A DNA stretch of 64,000 nt from Lingula anatina. Lineage: Eukaryota; Animalia; Brachiopoda. Positions within the stretch are counted from its first letter, which is position 1; each line of letters begins with the position of its first letter. A program made the position numbers and the translations under genes. The DNA lies in NCBI GenBank assembly GCA_051362555.1, contig CM120641.1, forward strand, positions 3,596,001 through 3,660,000, read 5' to 3'. Positions 12,901 to 24,311 of the stretch are shown here, piece by piece. The notes under the pieces are model-generated. The model saw only the letters and a list, made by a program, of their open reading frames with translations, was not told where the DNA came from and made no database searches.

Positions 12901-15900
12901 ACCATTTGGTGCATCTGAACACTTGGCAAGTGATGAAGGTGACCAGGAAAAAACAGAATTTTCTGAACAGTTGGAAACTTATCCAATTGAAGATCTACAT
13001 GAAGATAGTGAAGTGGCAGATTCCATACACAGTCCTGTCCAAATGATGCCAAGGTTTTCACCAACAGCAATTTTGCCTGATAAAATTGATGATTATCCTG
13101 AAGAACCAGATGAGGAAATTGCAATGAAACAGGATTATGTATCTGCCACAGAAACATATGAGAGCACTACAGAAACTGAGGGTGAGGAGCATACCTGGGA
13201 AAAATCTACGGTGCATGAAGAAAGTACTACAGAAACTGAAGGTGAAGAGGATGTGTTGGAAGAGCCTGTTTTGCATGAAGTAATGAAGTCAAGTGAAAGT
13301 GACAAAGAAACGAGTGAAGATACTGAAATATCTCCAAGTCATAGCCCTGTTGAGCTTGTTAAAGAATTTTCCACCACTGCTTTTATTCCAGCAGATGATA
13401 AATACAGTGCAACAGAAAGTGAAACAGATATAACTTCGGAAAAGGTATCACTGTCCTTAAAGGTTTCGGAACTTACAACTGAACCAATGTCAAGTGATGT
13501 TGGAAGTGAATTTGAAATGGAATATACCAAAACTGAAATTGAGGAAGAAGAGGAAAGATCACCTCAGCATACACCAGTTGAAATGGTCCATGAAATAATT
13601 CCTGTGATGAATGTTAAGAGAGAGAGTATAGGAGATGCCTTAGACTCACATGAAATTGAAAGGGATCATGAGCAATATTGGTTAGAGGAAAAAACAATTT
13701 CTGAAAGTACAGTATCAAAATCCATCACAGCTCACAGTGAAGAGGGACAAGAACAAAAGACTGAGAGTGAAATTGAAACAGATTATTCACCTGTAGAATC
13801 CCTAAGTCATGAAGGTTTCTCTGCCGTAGAAACCAAAGAGGATTTAGATGAACTGTTCAGTAGAGGTGCAACTACTACTTCTGGCCAAGGATCTGGGACT
13901 TCAGGTGGGAGTGATTTAGAGGAGGAAGGGGAATTGATGCCTGCTTATGCAAAGCAAGTATCCATTGGTCCTGTTGAGCATATTTCAATGTCAGAACATC
14001 TTCAGTTAAGCGAAGACCAATCATCAGAATTAGCTCCTCCTCTCACTTCTAGTGAGGATAATTCCAGTGAGGATCCATCTGTAGAGGTGGGAAGAAAATT
14101 TTCTGATGTTAAAGTTGATGAACTTGACTTGCAAGGAATTGGGTCAGACTTTCCTGTTGTTTCGGAAACTGTCACCACATATGATATGTCAGATGAAGAA
14201 AAAGAGGATGACGAAATTGAAACTGATCATAAAGAACATGTCATAGACTACAATGAAGATGATAAGCAAGTAGAAGATGCAGATGACCGCTCTGCCCCTG
14301 CTTCCAAAGGTGGCTACATCCCTAGTTATGAGCTTCGCCTCTCTCTGCCAAGCCTAATTCCTACATCCTCAATGGAAGTTCAGGATCGTTCAAGCAGTTC
14401 TGCATCAGCAGTCGAGTCTCCAAGTGAACATAGTCAGGAGGAAGAACGCCCGCTCTCACCAAGTGATTACTTTCTTGAACCAGAATCTCATGGAGAAACA
14501 CAAGTTAAAGAGGATCACGTTGCAAGACTAAGTAGTGACATTTCACAACAAATATTCATTGAACAATCCATCGAGGTCAGTTCTTCACAGCAAAGGAGAT
14601 CTCTATTTCTTGAGAAAGACAAAAGTTATGAAGCTGACACAGAGGCAGAAAAAGTATCTCCAGCCGAAGAGGACAAGTTCTGGATAGAACAATATGAGCC
14701 TACAGCTAAGGAACCATTTCCAGCTTTTCCACGGTTGCCATTAGACTCTGAGGCTCCACCCTCACCATCACATTTTACTCTTGTAGTTGAACCCAAGGAC
14801 CAAGAACCATTGGAATTGGATGGTGAAAAATCTGAGGTTGAGCTTTCTGAAAAACTAACATCTGATCTTACAGAAATTGATGGCTTTTTACTAACAGATG
14901 GAGAGCATGTGGTTGATGCTTATGCACAGGTTGAGGCATGTGGTGAACAGCAAGATTTACTCAGCTTCGAGCCTGGTGCTGTGGACAAACCTGCCCTTAA
15001 AGAAGAAGGTATTTACACGTTGACTCTTTGCTTGCATGCTGCTGTACTGTATACAATATCTATACAATACAGTTGCTTTCTTCTTTTATTTCTTTCATCT
15101 CTTAACATGTTGTCTTGTAAGTCTATGTAGGTCTGTGGAACAAGGATTCAAGCATTGGTCTGGCAGCCCAGGGAAAAACCAGGGGGTTCATTCACGCCTG
15201 CTTTCTAAGGGGTACACATCTGCACTCTGTAATAAAGTAAGCAGTCCATGCTTGTTTTCAGTTGCAATCAGTCAGTGTTACCCCTTCCTTAGTGTCATAT
15301 TGACTTTTCCCCCTTTATTTGCCCCACAGACTTAGGTGCCCATGGGGAGGCCCATTATGACGATAGTTACCCAAGAAGTGCGGATCTACTGGGTGATATC
15401 GATGAGGAAGATGAAGAGTATGATGAGTTTGATGACTTAGATCATGCCAGGGAGCCAGATGACCCAGCTGTTGATGTAACTGATGATGAATTGGAGGATG
15501 AAGATGTTGTAGTGTCACCTTCAAAGCCTGTGATTACCACTCCATCATTCAGGCATAAGCGTAAACCAAAAGTAAAAATCAGAAAGTACCCTTCTCCTAT
15601 AGATGTCACTTTTGAGTCTGGCCTTGATCAGATAGATGATAGCACCACCCCTGAACCCATCATAGAAGAGCCCAAAGAAAAGTACAGGTCCCATTCTTTG
15701 GATGTGGGTCAGATGCTACATGAGCATGACTATGTAGAAGATTACAAAAGTGAAGGTCTTCCAGCCCAAATGTCTATGGATGAAGACTTGTTATTGGCAT
15801 CACAAAGAGGTATCAGATGATTCCTAATCATTTTATTTTCAAATTATTACATATTATGAGTTCCCTCCCACCTATCCTGGCTAACCCAATGTATATTCCT

Positions 15901-18900
15901 GTCTAACTGCTTGCAGCATCCTCCCAGTAAAAACTCAAAGTATGAATATTAAAAGGCTCAGTTTTATGTACATATTTAATATTGGGTGCAGGCGTGTATT
16001 CTGATATTCACCATATACTCATACATATCCATTGCTTGGGTACCTTATATAAATATCTATATATCTAAGATGTTATATTGAATAATATTTAAGTATATAT
16101 ACAGTATAATATATATAAGTATATTAACTCATCACGTAGGTCATCGCAGATCAAAAAGTATGAATGCTGCAATACCAAGTCCGTCAAAAGGTACTTGTTG
16201 TCATGTGTGTCTGCAGTGTTTCTTTGGATGAGACAACTTTTATCAATTAACTTTCAGGCTTCAAAAACATCAAGCATTGTTGATTTGTCTGATCTTGTTA
16301 TGAATTTCAGCATTTGACATTTACAGCATGGTTTGGACCTATTCTGCAGATCCACAGGGCACAGATATATCTGTTCTTATCTGATCAATAGACTAGCTTT
16401 TAATTGAATAAGAAGGAACATGAATAGCCTTCAAATATCTTTGATGATCACTTTATGATACAACTATTAGATTGTTGACAAAGGCTGTGTTTTGCTTGTT
16501 GTTCTCCAGCATGCCTTTTTGTGCATACGAACCTTTTGTGCAGATGGTTTTTGGTTACTAACACAGCCTAACCTCCTTTTCTCCAGATTCCATATTTGCA
16601 GCCCATGAGAAGAGCACAGGGGATGATACTATGGTGATGGAGGAAGACCCTTTCTCTAAACAAACTTACTCCCTTAATCTTGCCACTTCTCCCAATGTCA
16701 TGAGATCTCCCCCTGAATCCATATCTCCAGTAGATGAGACTGTTATTTCCAGTCCCGATAAAACCCCTGACCAAGTGAGAAATGTTCAGATCGGTGTCTC
16801 TCCAAGTGTTAGTCATGAAGTCATGTTTCATGAGCCTCCACCTGTATTGGCAGGCCGTGTGGTATCAGGAGAATTTGAGGATAAGATCCAAGAAGATGAA
16901 GGTATCTCTGAATTTGTTAACAAAGATGAGAAGGATACCCATGTGGAGGTGGAACAGGATACAACAGAGGAAGAGCCACATGCATCTCACCGAGAGTTTT
17001 TGTCTTTTGATAACATGGCATTTGAGGGCATGGATGATGGTGATGAAGGCAATATACCCTACCCAGCTGATATCAGCCGTATTGAAGAGGAACCTGAAAG
17101 TCATATTCAGGATGTACCTCAAACAGATACTCCAATGACACAGTCTTACTCTGGATCTGACATGACAACCTCATACACTGGGTCTGTCACAGAGAAATCT
17201 GAAATTGAACCAACATATGAAGAGGATTCGGTACACAAAATGGCCTCTTATGAATCTCGCGAGGAGAGGACACCTGTTGCTGAGGATCAACCATCATTTC
17301 CAGATGGAGTTGCCAGGCAAGTAAGTGAACCCCATGATGAGCTTACAGATACATATGAAGCTAGCGTGATTGAAAGTATTTTATCGAAGCACAGGGATGG
17401 AAGACCTGAAGTGATTCCAGAAGAAAAATACATCATAGACATGAGTGCAGAAGTTGCTGAAACAGCCTTACAGGATAAATCTGATACTGAAGTAAAAAGA
17501 GTGTCTTGGGCATCCACGGAAACATCTTCAGATACTGTGACACCATATGATACGGCACCAACATCAATGGAGACCTCACAAGAGTATCAGAGCCCAGATA
17601 TGTGGAGCTCTGGACAGTCTGTTGAAGATTCGACACCTACACAAGAACACAAACACTTCCAACAACACCAGGATGAACCAAACAATATTCCAACAGTTAT
17701 TGAAACTGACCCATATAATGTACTTTTGATACGTCAGTCATCAGAAGAGGCTGACATGACCCGCTCCTGCTCCATTGATAGTGAGGAACTGGAGACCACA
17801 TACACTAGCACACAGGAGATGCAGGAAGAGATGCAAACAGAGATCACAAGTACAAGTCCTATGCCAATGTTCCATGAACCTCCAGTAGCTGGAGAATTCA
17901 GTGAGGAAGAGGATGATAACCACCGGCGAACTAAAAGTTCTGGATCGGAGAAACCGAAGGAATCGGCCTCAAGCGAAGACTTTGTAAAGTCATCTGTTTC
18001 TTCAGATGCATCTGCAGAGCCAGTCTTACTGGCTGCTACTTATGATCTTGATTCTGGTCATGTTTCACGTGTTGTCACAACATATGACCTTTCACCTGAT
18101 ACTGTTGACAAGCAGATGCCCATGGATACTGGAGTTAAGGTGATTTTATCCAGTCCAGAAGATGAGGTTTTTGAGACTGATACACAGGAAGAAAAATCAC
18201 AGGACACCCATGAAGAAATGACCAAAGAAACAATAGAAACTGTGAGTGCAGAACTTGTAACTTCACAAGTCAGTACTGATCAATCAGATACAACAGAATC
18301 TTTCCCACCCTCCCCTTTCCAAAGCCCTTTATCTGAACCAGATGAAAAAGATGCTGAAGAGGACTTAGGGAGTCCTTTTGAAGTCCTCTCTCCATCTGAA
18401 TTTGAAGATTATGATAGTTTTGTGGCATCTGGGCATGCTTTCGAGATTGATGCAGCTGTAGAAGCAGCAGCCTTGGCAGCTCAGGCTGCTCGCTACAAAC
18501 ATGATCATACTACTCACCCAGAACCTTCTGCTCCACCACCAGAGGAAATTAGTTTCCAAGATGAGACAGTACCAGCTGAGGATGAAACACCCTCATTTGA
18601 AGAACCAGCCTCTGCCAGTAGCAGTGACCATGATCTCAGTCCATTGAAAGAAATGGGATATATAGCTCCAGCAGTTCCAGAAGAAGAACCAGGAGAAATC
18701 AGTGATGTTGCAGAAGATGAGCTCAAATTAGAAACAGAAAAAGATGAAGAGAAGGAAGAACTGGAAGATGAAGCAGACCAATTAATGAATGGACCAACAG
18801 AAGTAGAATATGTGGCAAATATTGATGACTTTGTAATGGCATCTCCAGTGACTGAGGAGCAACAACAATCTGACTTGGAGAGCCCTACCAAATGTGAAAC

Positions 18901-21900
18901 AGAAGTTGAAGTGACAGAAAGAGAGGAGCAACCAGAGACTGAGGATATTCAAGACACATCAGTGTCACAAGTCATTGGGCAGGAAACTCAAGTGACATCC
19001 ACACCTGAAATGACAACTGAAAGTTTAAGAGAGGATTTGCAGCCTCCTATTCCAGATCACATGGTGACATCTGATCAGTCCACCCTGTATGACTTTGAAA
19101 TGCCGGCATCTGAGGAGGCCTCAGTACCTCCCTCCATGAGTACTTCGTTTGAGCCATCCAGTGGCTTGTTTGAAGATTTAGAGCAGTCTGATATTGGATT
19201 TGGGAAATATGAAGACCTGAGCTATGATGGAAAGGATTATTTGGTCAGTGAAATTTCCTGGGATCAAAGCCATCAGGAGCCAGCAGCAAAACAGGATGAA
19301 GAAACATTTCAGTATGATCCCACTGAATCACATGAAGAGGAAGAAGCAGTCATGGTTGAGGCAGTAACACCTGAACAACCTGCTGTTGCAGGGCTGTCTT
19401 GGATGGAAGAGATGACAAGGACAGAGCACAAAGAATCTCACCAAACTCATGAGTCTCATATTACAGAGGAAACAGATTCTGGTGTTTATAGGCAACACAT
19501 GTGGATGGAGGAGACACAGGAAAGTCATACTCTAAGACAGATGGTAGAAAGTGCTATGTATGAAGAGACAGGGACCCCAGATGATATATCTCCTGATGAT
19601 AAAATTGAAGCAGAACCAGAGAGTTCAGATAAACTTGAACCAGAACTGCAGGATCTACAAGAAAGCCGCCCAGAATCAGAAACAAAGGACTACCCAGATG
19701 TAGAAACAGTAGATGACCAAACAGATGCTGACATACATTACTCACATTTTGAAAAAAATGTAGATGAAGAGGATTTGGATAGACCAATGTCACCAGAACC
19801 TGACAGCACCTTATTTGAACAACCAACTGTAACAGCACCAGAGCCTGAGGAAGAGGAGGAATTTGATCAGGAGGATGGGAGACACAGTTCAGCTTTAGCA
19901 GAAGCTCATATGCTGCACCATGATATGGCTTATGAAGATAGAGAACAAAGCCAAGAACCTGAAGAAGATAGGGACTTTGATGAACACCTTTTGGAGAGAA
20001 CAGCTGCGCAGTTTGTTGGCAATGTTCTACAGGAGGCACAAGATATGGTTCAGCATGAATACCAAGAGCCATCGGATGAAGAAATGGATGAAGAGGAACA
20101 GGAAGAGAACAGACGGGAAGAAAATCAGGCAGAATCACCACAAGAGGCAAATAACTTTGTTCAGTTTGAAGTACACAGAGAGTATGACCCCGAGAGCAGC
20201 GATGAATCTGAAGGGCACAGGGAAGGTGTATATGGTCTTCAAAAGATCCAAGAAGAACCACATGAGGAAGCTGCTCCTGAAGGCACTGCAGTTAAACCAG
20301 TGGCAGTCGTCATGCCCATGACTGAACACAGTGAGGACATTCCTGAGATTAAAGTTACACAGCACTCCAGTGACGGGGATGAACAGATTGTGGAGACAGA
20401 AATTGAAGGATACTCTTCCCCAGAAGATGAGCATCTTAGGGATGTCGAACCAGAACAAGATGTATTTGAAGGTGCAGGAGAAGAGCCAAAGGAAGAGGAA
20501 AAGGACACTGAGCAGATTGAAAGTTACATGGAAGTCTCTGATCATAAACCATTGGCAATGGACTATGAAATGAAGGAGAGAGATGAAATTGAGGAAGATG
20601 AAGATCAAGAAATGGGAGTTGATGAATCTCGAACTACTGACTCACCAGAAGAAGAGAGTCTCCGTGATATGGTGAATTTTGTGATAACCCAGGAATCCAG
20701 TATAGATGAAGAACCAAAAGTATCAGAGGATGAATTAGAACAAAAAGAAGCTAAGCCTATTATGGCAGTGGAGCCTAGTCAAGAAGAAAAACAATCAGTA
20801 TTAGAACCACAAGAATTAGAATCGCTAGAACAGCAGCATACTAAACATGACACAAAAGATGAAAAATCTGATGAATCGGCTTCAGAAACAGCTGCTGCAG
20901 TTGGTACCATGTCTGGGGCAGGAGCAGCTTGGTTAGAATCCATGCTAACTACTTACGATGCAGAAACCATAGAATCAAAAGATGGTCAGGTAGGTGAGCA
21001 ATCTGCAGAGGAACCCCCAGAATTAAAGAGCCCAGATGATGCTGGAGATACTTCAAGTGTTGACAGTTTTGCAACTGTGGTCCCAACACAACAAGAAGAA
21101 GAAGACTACCAAGAGAAAAGGATGGCAGAAGTATCTTCCATGTCTTCTTCAATGCATTCAGATATTACCAGCAGTCAGGGACCTGCAGTTCCTACCTTTG
21201 CCATAGATGTCACTAGGGACCAAGAGGTGCCTATGTCACCAGATGAGGATATATTTCACATGTCACCTGATGAAGAAGTTATTCATAAACCAACACCAGA
21301 GCTGAAGAAGACATCCTCAGAAGAAAGACAGAGTTCAGAAACTAGTTCTTCACCCGGCCATGCAGACAGTGGAAAGTTCTTCAGCAAAACTGGTGAACAT
21401 GATACTGGATCTGTTGCATCATCCCTTAATGAATTTGAAACACTGGAACAGATTTTCCATGCTGAAAAGACTGGGGGAAGATCCAGTATAGATTCTAGTC
21501 ATGGCTCTCCAAAGTTCACCCCAAGAAGCACAGAAAGTGATGCCATATCTATCACCTCTTCTTTGTCTGAGTTTGAGAGGCTTGAGAGGGAAATAACACT
21601 TCATGGTTCAAATGATAAGATCAAGGGGAGTGCAGAATCTTCTGGATCTGTGTCTTCCCTAAATGAGTTTGAGGCTCTTGAGAAAGAATTGATGCAAGAC
21701 AGTGAAAAAACCAAAATTGTGAAGCCATTAGAAGGAGGCAGTAAATATTCATCCTCCTCATCCTTACATGAGTTTGAAGCACTGGAAGATGAGGCAAGAA
21801 TTGATCATGAATTGGAAGCAGAAGCACAAAAGATTGTTTCAATTCTAGAATCTGGTGAATTAATGTCAGAACAGTCGAGATTAGAGCAGGAACAAATGAA

Positions 21901-24269
21901 CATTTATACGATGGGTCCAAAGCCAGAACAGAAGCCCACCACCGACAAGCCACTCTCACCTGAAAAACCAAGTCCAGCTAGTGATGATGACGGTGCACGC
22001 ACTATTGAAAAAATCATTCAGGAGGCATCTATGAATGTTGAATTTTTCAGTCAGTTAGAAAGTTCTGCTGAAGTGGACCGCGACTCTCTTGATGGAAGGG
22101 ATGATTCCTTGCATGAGGACCAGACGGTTCCGCCAGATTCCATAATGTTGATGTCCACAGAATCCATTGAATCAGTTCAGAGGGCACCACAGATAGAAAG
22201 ATATGAAACCGATTCCTTAACAAGCCAGGAAAATATCATGGAGCGCTCAGTTGACTCCCTTTCTAGTCAAAATTTAATGGAGCAGTCATTTGACTCCATA
22301 AGAGATATGATGCAGAAATCTTCCGAGTCGGGGGACTTGATGCAGAGGTCAGCTGATTCATTGGGAACTGGCCCTGAAAATGTGATGGAAAGGTCCTCCG
22401 ACTCCCTGGAACCTGAAGATCAGCAGGATGTCAGTAAGGTGGAAGCATTTGACACAGATTCCTTACAGGGGCAAGAACCCCCTCCTGACCTTCCCAGCCC
22501 ACAGACTCCAGAAGATGAACCTATGGGTTCCCCATCACCTGATGATGAAAGATTCCAGACCCAAAAATATCAATATAGAAGTCACAAAACACAAAGTTAT
22601 GGCTACCATGCTTCAGTCACCCATTCAGCGTATAATGTTAGAGACCCTTATATTGATTATGAAGGAAATTACGGTCAAGATTCACTGTACAGAGAAGACT
22701 ATGACAGTCAAGGCAATTACTATGCCAGTGCATTTGAGCCTGACCCTTTAAAACCATTACCAGCAGAGCCATACAAGGACAAAAAGAAAGTTTTTACTAT
22801 GGCCGAACTGGAGGAGATGAGAAAAGACAAACAAGAGAAAAGACAAAAAGAGGCACAAGAACCCTCTCCTGAAGATCCTGATGAAATAGTAAGCACAGCC
22901 ACCACTTCACAGACCACCTCCCCGACTAATGACCCCCTGTCCACTCCCGCAGAGTCCCCCTCCTCCCCTCAGGACCGCCACGTAGCCACGAGGTCTGTCA
23001 GCATGTCAGCAGCCAGCCTAACACACAGCAGTATGAGCAGCAGCAGAGGTAGTACTAATTGTGCGCTGCTCCCCCACCCAGCTGTGTGCCTCTGTGCATG
23101 AACTAATTACGTTTGTGGTTTCCATTGCGTTGCAGGGCACCTGCACTGTCATGTGTACATAGCTCTTCCGTTCACAGGTTTAGTTCTGTATTGCCCCCCT
23201 GCTTTGCTATGTGGACTAATTGTCTCTATTTTTTCATGGTAATTTTTTCAGGTTTTTTTTAAACTTAAAATTGTTTATATTTGATAGTACATCTTACCTT
23301 GTCTGCATGCCAAAAGTGTGCTTTTACTGATGTTTTTATGCCATTTTCATGTTTTTATCTTGATTTACTGATTTGCTGTTTCCCTTTTTCATTGTCTCTT
23401 TATGTTGCCACTTAATAAATGTTGTGGTTATACTTTATGTATTGAGTAGATTTTTCATAGAGGTTTTTTAATCGTGATATGTATTTTGTAGAAGCTTATT
23501 CAGGATCACTTCAACTTGACAACAGCAAAGTTATTAAGCAGTCTTAACTTTCAAACATTCAAATCACAACTGTGTATGTAATAACATATAGATTTTGAAT
23601 GCTTATTTAATGCCTTTGATGGAAAGTGAAGTAGAGTAGACTGGTTAATATCTGTGATACAGCATTGTTGAAGTATGCATTTTGCTGTACTGTTACTTCT
23701 TGCCTAATCAAGAAAGATTCAAAACTAGGTTTTAAACATCATTCATTGATATCCTAGGGCTTTAACCAGTTGGGGTGAATAGTTTATTGCCAAGTTGAAT
23801 TGATCCTGTGCCTAGTGAATATTTTTGAATCTACCAATTTTAAATGCCTTTTAACTGCTTCTAGATTATATTGAACCCATTTATACATGTACATGTATGA
23901 CGTGTTATCATAGTAAATAGTATTCATTACATACTAAATATTTATAATGAATTGAGTAGTTTGTTTAATAAAAGAAAACAAAAGGAAGTTTCTTGATCAT
24001 TCTGTTATTTTTTTCCAGTTCAAATATGTTCAATAAGTAACATTTGCATAACTTTCCCTTTTAGAAACATACTCAACTGAGGTCCCAGAGGGAGCCACAT
24101 ATCAAGGTGGATACTTGTCTCTCTTTGCATCCTGTGATGTGTGAAAGCAGTTATGTGATGACTGTATTTGTTATGTGATGACTGTATTTGTATTGTCCTT
24201 CGCAATCAGTATTTCAGATTTCTAGAAATGTGTCTAACTAGGAGCGCTCTTTCTTTTCCTCTCTACACG

Positions 24270-24311
<42 letters not shown>

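Noticed and set aside
12670-14365. SxIP EB-binding motifs (SVIP, SLIP) in giant exon A
   Set aside because: The flanks are acidic, whereas functional SxIP motifs need a basic, Ser-rich context.
15131-15240. Possible extra exon after giant exon A
   Set aside because: The phase-1 frame stops at the candidate donor and the phases do not match; composition is unlike the other exons.
2696-16631. ORF-track start codons (2696, 7799, 16631) treated as separate single-exon genes
   Set aside because: Each ORF has a polypyrimidine-AG acceptor near its start and a GT donor before its stop in matching phase, so they are better explained as internal exons.
23136-23177. Possible 42-nt phase 1-1 micro-exon (GHLHCHVYIALPFT)
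   Set aside because: AG/GT and frame fit, but the splice sites are weak and the composition is atypical; cannot be supported without RNA data.
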